Below, piece by piece: positions 1 to 12,548 of a stretch of 64,000 bases of DNA. Origin of the DNA: Calcarisporiella thermophila CBS 279.70 (taxonomy: Eukaryota > Fungi > Calcarisporiellomycota). The DNA is taken from contig NW_027192203.1 of assembly GCF_041956535.1 (NCBI RefSeq), positions 62,001 through 126,000 on the forward strand. Direction: 5' to 3'. The notes below the pieces were generated by a model. It ran no database searches. It was not told where the DNA came from and saw nothing but the letters and a program-made list of their open reading frames with translations. Made by a program: the position numbers and the translations under genes. Positions within the stretch are counted from its first letter, which is position 1. Every line of letters starts with the position of its first letter.

Positions 1-2
1 GG

Positions 3-2600
3 TCCGAGGACCGGGATGACCGTGAATACCTCCTCACCAGCTGCACCGGCGTGGTGCGCGCAGTGGGTGAACTGGTCTCCTCCACGAACATGTGCCTGGA
101 CACCGATATCCCAATGGTGTCGACCCCTAGAGCCTCAACCCACGAGGACGGCCCCCTCAAGAGCGGGCAAAAGCGTTCCATGCGCCAGAAGCACACCCTC
201 AGTTTCCTGGGAAGAAAGGCGATCAGCCTCAACTGTTTGCATGAGCGCTTCGTCCGAGACGCGACCACGTCAGGAGACCAGGCCTCCCTGAGCTCGCAGG
301 GGTCGGGTGGGTCTGGTTCGAGTAGGGTGGAGATGGAGCAGGAGAGGAACCTGCCAAGTGGCCGACTCAACCCCATGGCCGTGGAGGGGGCGGACCCCTC
401 CGCCAAGTGCGATGGAGTGCGAGCCAAAGGCAGATTATCTTCGGCATCCCCCCTGATGGAGGAGGCCGAAGAGCGTGAGGAGGAAAGGGAGGAGGCCGAG
501 GTAGCGGAGGTCGGTGATGAGGGCGAGGACGAGGATGACGAAAACGATGCCCACTCCGCAAGAAGCATTGACCGAATGGTCCTCCCCCCTCCCAAGCTCA
601 AACCTAATGGATCGCATGGTAACCGTGCCCGATCCGGTGGCAAGAGCTCCGCTTCTTCCCCCCGCCACTCAGGGTTCCACGAGGAGTCGGAGGAGCTCCC
701 CCGAAGGCGGATGCGCACCGCCAGCGACTCCGACGAATCGCGCATGGCCCATAGTGTGGCATCGATCAGCGACCTCAGCGAGAGCTCCCCCACGCTGGCC
801 CCTTCGCATTTCTCCGCCGACATGGATTCCATGAGGCTGAGGGATGGAGCCTCCCCGGCGAGGCGGACCCGACTGGTCGAGGCGTTCTCGTTCCGCCGCA
901 AGAACCACATGTCCTGGGGCATCTCGTCCCTCAAATCCCCCTCGCGATCCTCCCTCCTCTCCATCTCCCAGTCCCCGCGCCATAGCTCCACCTCCCCCAC
1001 CGCCCAGCACGACGGCCCGCTCACCGCGCCGGCCTCGATGGACTCGGAGGGCAACGTGTTCAACAAGCAGTTCCAACTCCGCCCCCGATCCTCGGAAGCC
1101 CAGATGATGAAGGCTGCCTCCGCCCCACGGGTGGACCCGTGGTTCCTCCAGCCCCGCCACGATCCGGAGGAAATCCAGTTCACCGCCGAGGGACAGGTGT
1201 ACGCGGCAACCCTGGGGGCCCTGGTGGAGCGCCTCACGACCCACCACGCCACCCCCAATGCCCTCTTCTCCAACGCGTTCCTGCTCACGTTCCGCCTCTT
1301 CTGCACGCCCGAGCAGCTCTGCGACCAGCTCATGCAGCGCTTCAAGCTCCAAGCTCCGGACCAGCAGCCGCTCAGCGAAGCGGAGATGGTGGTCTGGAGG
1401 CAACGGGTCCAGCTGCCCGTCCAGCTGAGGGTGTACAACGTGGTCAAGACATGGCTCGAGACCCACTGGGATCCAAGGCAGGACCACGTCGTGCTCGACA
1501 GGCTTGCCGAGTGGGCGAGCTCCCTGCAGCGCGACGGGATGCCTCCCCACACCGCACGCCGCATGATCGACCTCGTGCACAACAAACGATCGCCGCACCC
1601 CGCCAAGTCGGCCCATCCGCGCACCCTGAAGCACCACTCGCTGGACTTCGAGCCCGCCAACGCCCACCATGGCGAGAGCGAGGGCATGAGCCCCACGGCC
1701 GTCCCGCAGATCACCAAGCACCTGCTCCACGCGCTGCACCATGGGCAGGAGGTGCACGTGATTGACTTCGAGCCCCTCGAGATGGCCCGCCAGCTCACCC
1801 TCCTTGAGAGCAAGATTTACCGCGCCATCCGGCCGTCAGAGCTCGTGGACCGATCATCGGCCGCGGACAACGTCAAGCGCATGGGGCAGCTGAGCACGGG
1901 GATCACCTCGTGGGTCGCGCACACCATTCTCAGCGAGGCCGACGATGCGAAGCGCCGGGCCACCCTCGTCAAGTTTTGGATCAAGGTGGGCGAGCGCTGC
2001 ATGCAGCTGCAGAACTTTAGCACGCTGATGGCCGTCGTGTGCGCGCTGAACTCGTCGACGATTTCGCGCTTGCGGCGCACCTGGGACCTGGTGCCCGCCA
2101 AGTACAAGGCGGCGTTCGAAACACTTCGCAAGGCAACCGACCACAGCCGCAACTTTGCCGAGTACCGCGGGCGGCTCAAGAACCTGGCCGCGCCCTCCCT
2201 GCCCTTCCTCGGCGTGTACCTGACGGATCTGACGTTTGTGAACGACGGGAATCCGGCCTACCGCCTCTCCCCCCGGGGCAACCGCCTCATCAACTTTGAC
2301 AAGCACATGAAGACGGCCCGCATTTTGCAGGAGGTGCAGCGCTTCCAGCTCCCTTACCCCCTGCAGGAGATCGCCGAGGTGCAGGCCTATCTCCGCGCCA
2401 AGCTCCTGGACCCCCGCGGGCTGGCCGAAATTGGCGACGCCGCCGAGCTCTATCGACGCAGTCTGACGGTGGAGCCTCGCGAGGAGGGCCACGGCGCCGA
2501 CGAGAGCGGAATCGCGGCGGCAAGCAAGAGTTTGAGTGACTTGCTGCGGCTGAATAGAAGCGACAGCAATAGACAGCGCAAGGGGCTTTTGATGGCTTAA
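3..2600 (+). CDS. Ras guanine-nucleotide exchange factor (Cdc25-like; REM + RasGEF domains), 5' part outside the window
   Basis: Frame is open from position 3. REM motif (AATLGALVERLT...FLLTFRLF...LRVYNVVKTWLE) and RasGEF motifs (EMARQLTLLE, NFSTLMAVVCAL, LPFLGVYLTDLTFVNDGNP, INFDK). Stop TAA at 2598-2600. Confidence 0.95.
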   Translation, partial: SEDRDDREYLLTSCTGVVRAVGELVSSTNMCLDTDIPMVSTPRASTHEDGPLKSGQKRSMRQKHTLSFLGRKAISLNCLHERFVRDATTSGDQASLSSQGSGGSGSSRVEMEQERNLPSGRLNPMAVEGADPSAKCDGVRAKGRLSSASPLMEEAEEREEEREEAEVAEVGDEGEDEDDENDAHSARSIDRMVLPPPKLKPNGSHGNRARSGGKSSASSPRHSGFHEESEELPRRRMRTASDSDESRMAHSVASISDLSESSPTLAPSHFSADMDSMRLRDGASPARRTRLVEAFSFRRKNHMSWGISSLKSPSRSSLLSISQSPRHSSTSPTAQHDGPLTAPASMDSEGNVFNKQFQLRPRSSEAQMMKAASAPRVDPWFLQPRHDPEEIQFTAEGQVYAATLGALVERLTTHHATPNALFSNAFLLTFRLFCTPEQLCDQLMQRFKLQAPDQQPLSEAEMVVWRQRVQLPVQLRVYNVVKTWLETHWDPRQDHVVLDRLAEWASSLQRDGMPPHTARRMIDLVHNKRSPHPAKSAHPRTLKHHSLDFEPANAHHGESEGMSPTAVPQITKHLLHALHHGQEVHVIDFEPLEMARQLTLLESKIYRAIRPSELVDRSSAADNVKRMGQLSTGITSWVAHTILSEADDAKRRATLVKFWIKVGERCMQLQNFSTLMAVVCALNSSTISRLRRTWDLVPAKYKAAFETLRKATDHSRNFAEYRGRLKNLAAPSLPFLGVYLTDLTFVNDGNPAYRLSPRGNRLINFDKHMKTARILQEVQRFQLPYPLQEIAEVQAYLRAKLLDPRGLAEIGDAAELYRRSLTVEPREEGHGADESGIAAASKSLSDLLRLNRSDSNRQRKGLLMA

Positions 2601-3226
2601 ACTTCTCTTTGTTTGGCTCTGTTTCTTCTCTGGGATCTTTTTTTTTCTTTCCTTAATTATGACTATTACTATTATTCTTATGATGATGGCTTTCTGTTTT
2701 GCTTTCCTTTTGCATTTATAATACCTGTTTAGTCTAATTGTTTTACATAGCACAACTATACTCAACTTCAGTACTATACTTAGCCAAAACCTTTTTTTTT
2801 CTTCTTTTGTTTTTCCCTTACATATCTGTATATATATCTCTCTCCTTATTGTTTTTTTTTCTTGCCTCTACCTCAATCGATTATCTGTTAGCACAATTCA
2901 CCCCATTATTTTAATTTTATCCATCCTTGATTAACCTACAGCTTCTTCGATAAAATTGTTATTTAATATGAAGTCTAAAGGGTCTAGAAAGCATGGAAGA
3001 AGTGGCGACTTGATTTTGCTTGAAAACTTGGAAAAACAACGATGAGAAAAGAGATGAGAAAATAAGAAATTACTCTACTGACGGAAGTTTGGGGACTAAC
3101 ACAGATTAGGTATGGATTGATATCGAGTACAAATAAACAAAGCCAACCAACTAACACACCCAGAGGATGTATCCAGTTCTATTGAGGAAGGGGTGGCCGA
3201 GACGGCCCTCCCAGCCCCCCCTTCGT

Positions 3227-4681
3227 CTAAAATCCACTTTCCCCTACTTCGCCCACGAGCTGGGCCTCCTTGTAGTGAGTGCGCCGATGCACGCTAAGAA
3301 TGTCCGAGCGGGAGAATCTTTTGCCGCAGACCCTGCACCCATAGAGCCGCTCCTTCGTGTGCGAGCTGCACACGTGGCGCTTGCAATGCTGCTCTCGTTT
3401 GAACGAACGGCCACAGCCCGGGTAAGGGCATGGAAAGGGCCGTGACTCCGGCGGCGGGGAGGAGCGCGACGAGCTAGCCTCGGACGGAGGGGGAAAGCCG
3501 GTGGAATGTCTTGTGCGAACATCCTCGCTGCCCTCGCTGCCCGTAAAATAGTGTCTTGTGCTGAGGTACTGAGGGGAATAGGTTGGGCTGTGTGGGACGG
3601 CGTCCGGCATTGGCGAGTCCAGACTCAGGGGCGGGAGGGATTCCGCATACCCGGGAATGCCGGTCTCCCCAAACTCTTGCGAGGGAACGCTGCATACGTG
3701 CAGCGGAGACAGGTACTCCGAGCCGGAGGAGCTGGAGAGAGCGGCGTCCACGAGCTGGGTAGCATTTTCAGCCAACTGACTCTGGGCTGCAAGAGGATGC
3801 ATCAGGAAGGAATCGGAATAGGCCCTGCTGGTGAGCCTACTCGGCATGGAGAGGGTGGAATCGGGGAGGGAGGAGGGGGTATCTGCATGAACTCCTAGGA
3901 TATGTGTCGGGGGCAGGGGTGAAGAGGAAGGGGTGGCGAACTTGCCCTCGGCCAGAAAAGGAGGAACGAGGGGCACCGACGGACCCCCCTTAGGTGAGGC
4001 TCCGTATGCTCCGGCGTTTCCCCCCATCCAATCTCCACCCTCTCCTTTTGGGCCGCCGGTGAGGCACGACAGCTTGTAAAAGAGATTCGCCGCGTCGTCT
4101 CGCGCCAACCCTAATGCCGGTTCGGCCACCGCCACCGTGGCCGGGGCCAGTCCGTTCGACTCGCGGCGTAGGTCCCGCTCCAGCACGTCGAAGAAGAGTT
4201 TGTCGTGCGGCACCGAGAACCAATAGTACACCTTTTGCTTCTTGAGGGTGCGGACGCATCCCGCCCGCAGCAGCTGCTCCAGAAACTCGGACCCAGCCTC
4301 CTCCACTCTGGCATCCTCGCCCTGCCGGAGGTTTCTTAGGTCGCTGAACACATACTCTTCGAACTTCTTCTGGTTGACCACGGGCCGCCCAAACGCAGCA
4401 AAGCGGAACACCAGCGCGCGCAGGATGTCGGTGGACGAGATGTAGAAGGCGTCGCGGTAGAAGACGCACGAGATGTCCTGGTCCACCATGGGGAGGGGGT
4501 ATCGATAGAGAGGTGAGCTGAAGTCCATGGCCATTGGGGCGGTGGCCAGGAACTGCCGGAGGGCGGCGATCTGGCTGAGGCGCGTGGAGGCGGCGACGCT
4601 CGCGGCATAGTCGACCAGCCTGCTAGAGCTAATGTCGATATCGCGCTTGGATTTTACAGAGAGGGTGTATTTTCTGGTCAT
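3227..4681 (-). CDS. STE12: Ste12/SteA-like transcription factor (STE domain + two C2H2 fingers)
   Basis: STE-domain motifs (FLATAP, ISCV, DILRALVFRFAAFGRPV, KKFEEYVFSDLRNL, KKQKVYYWFSVPHDKLF, LERDLRRE) and two C-terminal C2H2 fingers. First ATG at 4681 (the ORF track starts at an upstream GTG). No introns. Confidence 0.92.
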   Translation of the reverse strand: MTRKYTLSVKSKRDIDISSSRLVDYAASVAASTRLSQIAALRQFLATAPMAMDFSSPLYRYPLPMVDQDISCVFYRDAFYISSTDILRALVFRFAAFGRPVVNQKKFEEYVFSDLRNLRQGEDARVEEAGSEFLEQLLRAGCVRTLKKQKVYYWFSVPHDKLFFDVLERDLRRESNGLAPATVAVAEPALGLARDDAANLFYKLSCLTGGPKGEGGDWMGGNAGAYGASPKGGPSVPLVPPFLAEGKFATPSSSPLPPTHILGVHADTPSSLPDSTLSMPSRLTSRAYSDSFLMHPLAAQSQLAENATQLVDAALSSSSGSEYLSPLHVCSVPSQEFGETGIPGYAESLPPLSLDSPMPDAVPHSPTYSPQYLSTRHYFTGSEGSEDVRTRHSTGFPPPSEASSSRSSPPPESRPFPCPYPGCGRSFKREQHCKRHVCSSHTKERLYGCRVCGKRFSRSDILSVHRRTHYKEAQLVGEVGESGF

Positions 4682-5287
4682 GGGAGGGGAATGTGAAGGG
4701 AGGAGAGAGAGAAGACGAGAAGAAGAAAGGATTGCAATCCGGGGAGAGAGTTGAAAGAGGAAAGCCAACATTGTGAAACATAGGTTAAGATAAAGGCGAC
4801 ACGTCACCGAAGCCTTCCGAAATGGCCAGTTAAAGGGGTAGGTGCGTGCAGAGCATAGGTGTGAGGTTAGGAGTTAGCCTACCAAAAAGAAGGAGAAGTG
4901 AGGTCAAGAGCGATCGAGGTGCTGGCTCGGGAACCTATCCTTGTCCCCGCATAAGAATAGGTGTCGCAGACATTTGAAATTGGATTTGTTGCACCTTTCA
5001 AGGTGGCTCCCCTTTGTTATCCCAGGTCTCGGAGAGGTTCCAAACTCTAGCAGACAGCTGAAACCTTGACGATTTCACAAGGAACCTAACAAAGAGTTAG
5101 GTATTCCTATGTTTACCATCATACTTTTTTTTATTTTTTAGAAGAACATAGAAGGAGATTAAAAAGAAATGAAAATACCACTAAAATACTAGCTCGGTGG
5201 TCTGCATGGCTCGAGCAGAATGAAAAAGGGAAAAGAAGACGAAAAAGAAAAAAAAAGGATGCCCAGAGAAGACTCGCATGAATTGGG

Positions 5288-6758
5288 TTAGGCCGTGCTG
5301 TTGGCAGCGCTTGTCGACTCCTTGAGTGCCATCAGCTGCTTGGATCTGAAGGATTCATAATGGATCAATGCCGTTGTCTCGATCAGGTCCTGGAGATGGG
5401 TTCTAGATTTGGAACCAGTTAATTATATACGCAACCACCAGGTCTACCATTGGAGCTTACCTTGTCAGGAAGTTGCGGAGATGAACAAACTCGCAGTGGT
5501 TCTCATCCTCGACTACGGAAGTGGGAAAAAAATATTAAGAGTAGGAGCCAGTTAAATAGGGAAGGCAAATATATTACCGTTGATGACGCCCCAGCGAGTC
5601 TTACGACCACGCACCACTTTGCCATCCAGTGGCACTGTTTTCTCGGAACCAACCACGGCAAATGGAATGATTTCCTAAAGTCAGAACGAATTGGTTATTG
5701 CAAGCGTGGAAGGATCGAGTGCCGCGAGCGACTACCTTGATGCTCTCGTTCAACTCAACCTCCTGCTCGTCATCCTCGTCGCTTTGGTACGGGTAGAGGT
5801 TGATGTTGTGGAAGGCCAGCTCTTGCTTGATCTGAAATCCAAAATTGAGCTATGCAGTCTAATACATTGGAGCTGAATGAAAGGAGAGTTACCCTCTTCT
5901 TGAATGCGATTCTCTCCTCCATCGTCAGGGAATCGGCCTTGGCGATGACCGGGACCACATTGACAACGTCGGTGAGCTTTTTAAGTACCACAATGTCTAT
6001 CGGTTTGAGCGAGTGACCGGTGGGCGAGAGGAAAAAGAGGCAGCAGTGGATTCGGGTGTCGTGGATGTAGCGATCACGCTGGGCTGTGAGCTCTTTGCGT
6101 AGATAAGCAGAGTGCTGGTCTTTGATGTATTTAATGATAGGCTCCCAGCTATGAAAATATTGAATGGTCGTCAGGAAAACGGGAGAAAGACTATGGCCAA
6201 CAAGGGCGCATCCATTACCAGTTCTCATTATTCACTTGGTCGCCATAGCCAGGGGTATCCACAATGTTGAGTTTGAGACGAACACCGTTTTCTTCTATCA
6301 CTAGAGTGGAATAAAAACCATCTTAGATGTTGCACAGGGCGGCCATCAAGCCCAATTTAGCTATATATACATACCATGCGAGACCACCTGGATTTCAGTA
6401 GTTTGCCGAGATGGCTCATCGGCGTTGATGCGGCCCTTACTGTCGATGAGATGCGATGCGAAGATGGTATTAATGAGTGTCGATTTCCCTAGTCCGGATT
6501 GTCCTAAACACCAGAAGAAACCATATAAAAAAGTAATCCAGGACCATCAGGAGATATCTTACTTACCGCACACTAGGACGTTGAACTGAAAACCTCGCTT
6601 AAGTAATTTCTTTTCGATTTGGCTAGTAATGGTGTCGAAACCAACGTAACCGTTAAGCGCGACCTGTGCAAAAAAAAAAAGGGATTGTTACGAAGTCGGA
6701 ACATCTCCAGCTTGAAGGGCAGAATGGGACGGCTTACTGCTTGCATCTCGGTAGCCAT
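5288..6758 (-). CDS. CDC10: Septin, Cdc10/AspD group (multi-exon)
   Basis: Spliced translation gives [19 protein letters not shown]-loop [51 protein letters not shown]. The short C-terminus without a coiled coil fits the Cdc10 group. Confidence 0.88.
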
Positions 6759-7919
6759 GATTAATAGATGAAGCTTTAATGAAGGTTAGAAATGAACTGT
6801 CGATATCTAGATGGAATATGCAGGCAATGGATGACCAAAAAGTTGATGAATCTAGGAGTTAGTAGGACTCGCTTGGTGAGACGGTTTCTCCTCAATTTTA
6901 TTTGAAGTAGAGGGCAGTTAGGGATCTGCATGATTACATATATCCCTTTTCAGGAGAAAAGCAAAACCATAAGCCAGAAATTCTTGGGCAAACCACCCCA
7001 ACCACAGCGAAACGGTCTTGTTTCCAGTTTGGATGACCAGTGGATATTGGTGAGTATATTAGGCTTTTTCAAGGTAGACGTACGATTGCAAGTACGATTG
7101 CGGCCGTAGGGGGAGGACAATACCAGCAAGTATGGTTAAGAGAAAGCGAGACACGAGTGTGCAGAAATGATTCAGTAGGCTATTAGAGGGTAAATGGAAG
7201 AGCGTATAGAACCGCTGGATGATATGCAGCCCCAATATGGCGGCACCAAACTACGTGACCAGCTCTGAAAAAGCGGAACTACAGACAGGCTTCTCGCAAA
7301 GGAAGATACATCTTTTTTAGTTGAGATAACGGTTTTGGAGCATCGGCCCCTTCAAGCCCGGCTACCTCGCTCATTCTTCTCGTGGTAGTGCCTATTTCTT
7401 TAGCAAAGAGCCTCTATCCGCTTGTTCTTATCCGGGAGTTGGAGCGGCCGATTTTAGCCTTATTTAATTAGGCGTGCATGTCATTTTGAAAGTTTGAATG
7501 CTTGCTCAATGATATATTCAATTAGGAAATGAGTGCTCTTTATTTTTTGTTTATGACGAGCTACTGGCCACAATTCATAGAAAGAGCAAAGGAATTAAAG
7601 TACTAGAAACTTATACATACTTCTAGAGCATTGGCTGACGAGTTCACTGGAGCAAAGGATATGTCATAGATATTTGCCGGAAATCTACAAGTTTATTTGC
7701 TAAAAATGCAAGGATTGATCAGAAGGCAATACAGCGAGTCCACCATGACTTGGATGACCCAGCCATATAAGAATAATAGACATAGCTAGCATAACAAATA
7801 CCAAGACTTACATATGGATCTAGACGTTGGAGGATATTTCAAAGCAAAAGCAGAGTTAATCGAATAATAGCCAAAACATACAGCTAAAGTGACCTTGGCG
7901 TGAGAGGGCGCTCCAAGTA

Positions 7920-8752
7920 TTATACCCTTAGAAAGGGTGCCAAACGCTGGATTTCTTTCTTCCTTTTTGAAGTTAGATTACGCTCCTACATTTGGTCAAG
8001 ATAAGGGTGAGATGTTTTGAACTAGATATATGATCAACAGATGAAGCCCTACCTTCCAATTGCTCTTTCTCAGCTTAATAGGCCGATTTCCCACATATTT
8101 CCCATTCATCTCACGCAAGGCCCGCACAAAGTCATCTCCATTACTAAAGCTCACAAATCCATAGCCTCGCGATTTATTAGTGTGCTTTTCACGGACGACC
8201 CTTGCACGCTGGAATGAAGGGTATTTCTTGAATGCCTCTTCAAGCATCTGATCTGTCACCTCCTTGCCCAAATCGCCGCAGAAAATGCGAAAATCGTCTG
8301 AATTGGAGAACAGTATTAGAATGAGCTAAATGAAGATGAAACAGAAGAAAATACTCACTTGGATCCCACATCTCCAGAGTTGGATCCTCCCAGATCTCAC
8401 CTCCAGCCGCACGCATAAATCGTTTCTTCTTTTCCTCTTTTTTAGTTGATGATTTATTGGATTTAGTCTTGGTGTGTTCAGGTGGAGTAAGAAGAGGTGG
8501 CGGGGGAAGATCCGAAATGGAGGTGGCAGAATTGGACGGGTAGTAGGTGGCATAATCGGAATGATATGCCGGTGTAGAGAAGTTTAGGTTTTGATAGGCC
8601 ACTCCATCAGTGAGGTAGTTGGAATGATAACTTTGGGAAGGAAAATAATTGTAATAGTCAGTGTAAGAGTAAGAGGACGGATCAGCATAAGCCGAGAATT
8701 CATAATTATTAGCACCAGTAGTAGCAGTAGTAGCAGTAGCGGCGGCAGTCAT
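7920..8752 (-). CDS. RRM RNA-binding protein, RBM42-like (3 exons)
   Basis: RAAGGEIWEDPTLEMWDP|NDFRIFCGDLGKEV...SRGYGFVSF...REMNGKYVGNRPIKLRKSNWK is the RBM42 signature. Two GT-AG introns. Stop at 7920-7922. Confidence 0.9.
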
Positions 8753-9134
8753 GGTGTAGAAGCCAATTGATGCGTTGAAAATCTATCAAGGTTTTTGAAC
8801 AAGAGCAGGAAATTTGAGAGGAAAAAATCGTCCTAAAATTTCTACGACTTTCTCCCAATCTTTTGGTCGACTTGTGGCTGATGGAGCCCATCCTAAAAAT
8901 AAGTGGCGTATTAATCAATGCACATTGTTTTGAAAATCAAATAAGAACATTGCGGCAGAGAAATAGAAATACAAGGACAAAAAAACCAGATTATTTACAA
9001 AACAAAACAAAATGGGAACAACACGCGAATGAAATGATGCGAACCTAGTGCAGTCGCCATCTAATCATCCTGGAATCCTATATAGGCGCTCATTCAGCTT
9101 GGTTTATATGCATATAACTGGGAGAAAAGCGGGG

Positions 9135-9437
9135 CTATTCTGTCAACACACCTGCCATCGCATCCTGGCGTGCGGCCAAGAGTCGCCCAAACCGCTGATG
9201 CATATCTTCCTTTAATTGTTCCATCGCGGCAAAATTCAGCTGGTGGCGATTCAGCGTCAGCGCGCGACGTACCAGCTCTCCCTCAGTTTTGGGGACCGGA
9301 AGGTCAAGGCTCGTGCATCTAGGTACCGCCGAGGTGGCGTGCACAAGCATGTTGGTTGTGGCAGCCGTTAACAGACTAAATGCGACAATGATCCCCAAAA
9401 GAAAGAGCTGAAACATAGTAGCCTTTAGCCGCGACAT
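9135..9437 (-). CDS. Putative small secreted protein (signal peptide, possible RR processing site)
   Basis: 100-aa ORF with a hydrophobic N-terminus (FQLFLLGIIVAFSLLTAA) and an LVRR dibasic site. No recognised homology. Confidence 0.45.
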   Translation of the reverse strand: MSRLKATMFQLFLLGIIVAFSLLTAATTNMLVHATSAVPRCTSLDLPVPKTEGELVRRALTLNRHQLNFAAMEQLKEDMHQRFGRLLAARQDAMAGVLTE

Positions 9438-10886
9438 CCTAAGGGCAATTGCAAGAGGCTCGTTTGAAGAAGAGAGAGAGAACAAGAAGAGCTACATTGA
9501 ATATAAACCAAATTCGTGTGCTGCTTAGTCGAGCGGACGAGTGAGAGTTTAAGGATCCAGATGCGTATAAATCTATCCCGGGTCAAGTGAGAACGGATGG
9601 ATCGGGAAAATACAAACTACAGACGGAGATGCTGCCTGATTGGATCGAAGAGTAGTCACAGAGTAGATCGAACAAACAACAAATCCTGCTGCTTGGGCCC
9701 GATCTTAAAGATTGCTGCTCAAATGCGTCTTTATCCATCTTTCGCGAGGGTGGGCTGGATATCAAGCAAAGGCATGCATTCTCCGCTAGGGGAAGCTCTT
9801 CTCTATATTTGCATATTTGCTGCATGGACCGGTGGTCTGTGCTGACCAGCATCCTCAACACATTCTTTTTATGGGCGCCGAGAACAAGAATTCGGCGACT
9901 ATGGAGGGGAAAGGAGAGGGGACAAGGGGGGCCAAAAGCGGTTCGGGGAGAGAATCGGTCAAGAGGCCTAGACCTAAGCAGCGGGTGCCTAGCCGAGAAA
10001 TGTATAGAGTAGTATTGACTTTGATGCAGTCTCCTTTATATGTGTGATGTGCACAAATAGCCAATGACTAAGGTGATCCTCGACTCATTGGGTCAGGCCT
10101 GATTCAAAGTCAGGTGCCTATGTAGCCTTGAAATTCTAGCTTTTTGAAAACTTCTTGCCACTGCGTGTTATTCAGGGTTTTTGGGATATTCGTCCGTAAT
10201 TGTTGTGTAAAGTATACGGGCACTTTATTGAATACGATCGAGACGATATGGCCTAGTTGAGTTTGCTGTCGAATGGATAATCTGTCAGTTTTATAGGGGT
10301 AGTGGAGGAAAAAGGGTTGCGTGGACTCGATCTAAGGCGAGCTTATTGAGGGAACCCTCCTGGTTGGATTGTAGAAATGCTACTCAAGCATCCACCCGCT
10401 CAAATACACTTGTGCAATGGCAAACGGCCAGGATAGGTCGAAACATCTAATGGAGGGTGAATAAGAGGCAATTTTGCCGTGATAAAGCCATAGTGGGCAT
10501 TCAGCTTTACTATAATATGGTTCCTGATATATGTCTTCTGCAGCATATCACCCTGATATTAGCAGTGGTAGCTTTTATTGAGAAAAAGAGAGCGTTTAGC
10601 TATGCATATGTACAGATACAAGTTGTGTTCCTATTATTTTAGAGGTTAATAATATACTCATTCACATATGGCCATCTGGTTCATCTAGAAACATGTGTAT
10701 GTTCTTGTAATATTGAATTTGCGATGATCATATACTATGTGCCTTCCAATTTTCGCAAATTGGTAAAAATATAGTCGGCCCATTCTAAGCCGCAGAACCT
10801 GCCCTCAATTGCTTCAATCCAAGTCAATTTACCTCAAAACACGAGAAAGACGCGAGTAGCAGCACATAATCCACCATTCGCATACA

Positions 10887-12389
10887 ATGAATACGGTTAA
10901 TAAGATGCAACATGGCCACGATGATCTCATTCATGATGTAGCTTACGATTTTTATGGCCGACGATTTGTTACCTGTTCATCGGATCAACGGCTAAAAGTG
11001 TGGGATTGGAACGAGGAGAAAAAACAATGGGATTTGAATGATTCTTGGAAGGTAGCAACGACATTTCTCTATGCACAATAGCTGAGCCATATATCAGCAT
11101 GGCATCCTTAATGTCACCCCATGCTATCCCACTTTACTGACTCCTGTTTATCTCTAATGAAAAACAAGGCGCATGATTGCTCGATACTCAAAGTTGCTTG
11201 GGCACATCCCGAATTCGGGCAAGTGATTGCATCATGTTCATTTGACAAATCAATCCGTATCTGGGAGGAGCAAGAGAGAGGTTTGTATCGCTTTTTGCTT
11301 TGAACTGGGGAAATGGTTATTCATTTTGGTGCCTTTTGATTTCAGAGGCAAAAAATAGCGGCCGAAGATGGATCGAGAAGGCACGTCTCGTGGAGAGCAG
11401 TGGTTCAGTGCAGGATATCGAGTTTGCACCAAACTATTTCGGGCTCAAACTGGTGATTATCCTCTTCATTTTTATTTTACTCGTCATTAGGGCGTCCGCG
11501 GAGGCTCTCCTCGTGCTTCAATGGCTCAGGGCACGGTATCTTACTCTCTCCAATCGTCTCCATCTTAGGCATCTATAGGGGCGGATGGCATGCTTCGCAT
11601 CTACGAAGCCACCGAAGTGATCAACCTTGCCTCTTGGACTATTATGGAGGAAATCAGCGTCAACCCGACCGGAGCGGAGAGCAAGGGGATGGAGGCGAAC
11701 TACTGTTTGAGCTGGTGCCCGAATCGCTTTATGCCGGAGATGATCGTGGTGGGATGCGGCCGCGAAAACACTGCCAAGATCTTCCGCTGCGACCAAACCA
11801 GCAACAAATGGCATCCCTATGAAATCCTCGAGGGCCATAACGATGTCGTACACGATGTGGCTTGGGCGCCATCTATGGGAAGGTGCAGTAGCCCGTCCAA
11901 AGTGAAACGGTCTAGTACGGTCGACTCTGTTGCTAAGTTGGCGTATTTTTTTTTCCTTCTTTATCTCTGTGTATAGGAGCTATCAGTTGATTGCAACCTC
12001 GTCCAAGGACCATCGCGTGCGAATTTTCAAGCTGACCGAAGACGGGGCCACCGGAGCTTACTCCCAGACCACCGGCGCCCCTGTGCAACCATCCGCAATT
12101 AACGTCAACAGTAGCAAGAAGAGGTTCCGGATAGAACGAGTGATGGAGTCGAATGAACACGAGGCAGAGGTAAAAATATTACTCCTCCGATTATTAAGTT
12201 AAAAACTAGTTGAACTCTCTTCTCCATACTGTGTGAAAAAAGGTATGGCGTGTCGAGTGGAACATCACTGGAACCATCCTGACCTCATCGGGCGACGATG
12301 GGAAACTGCGGCTATGGAAGTGCGGGTATGATGGGGTATGGCAGTGCGCCAGCATTATTTCCGCAGAGCAACGAGATGGGGGCCGATGA
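10887..12389 (+). CDS. SEH1: Nucleoporin/SEA-GATOR2 subunit Seh1 (WD40; multi-exon)
   Basis: [89 protein letters not shown]. Stop TGA at 12387-12389. Confidence 0.95.
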
Positions 12390-12430
12390 ACTGTAGTGAT
12401 AGCATCTGTTTATTTTCCTGTGTTCTAATT

Positions 12431-12548
12431 TTCTTTTCTCTTCGCTTCTCCCCTCTTCTCTTCTCCGCTTCTCTCCTCTCCTCTCCTCTCCCCTCCCCTC
12501 GCCCTCGCCCTCGCCCTTCCCCTTCTATTTGCCTCCCCTTTTTTTTTT
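12431..12548. repeat. Polypyrimidine low-complexity tract ((CTCTC)n, (CTCGCC)n) in the seh1 3' region
   Basis: Directly visible CT-rich degenerate microsatellite. Confidence 0.7.

Noticed and set aside
669-2765. Long antisense ORFs (362 aa, 303 aa) over the RasGEF
   Set aside because: Shadow ORFs expected opposite a GC3-rich coding region; no protein motifs.
4774-4780. TGAAACA pheromone-response-like element upstream of ste12
   Set aside because: A single 7-mer that also occurs in introns and CDS elsewhere in the window; consistent with chance.
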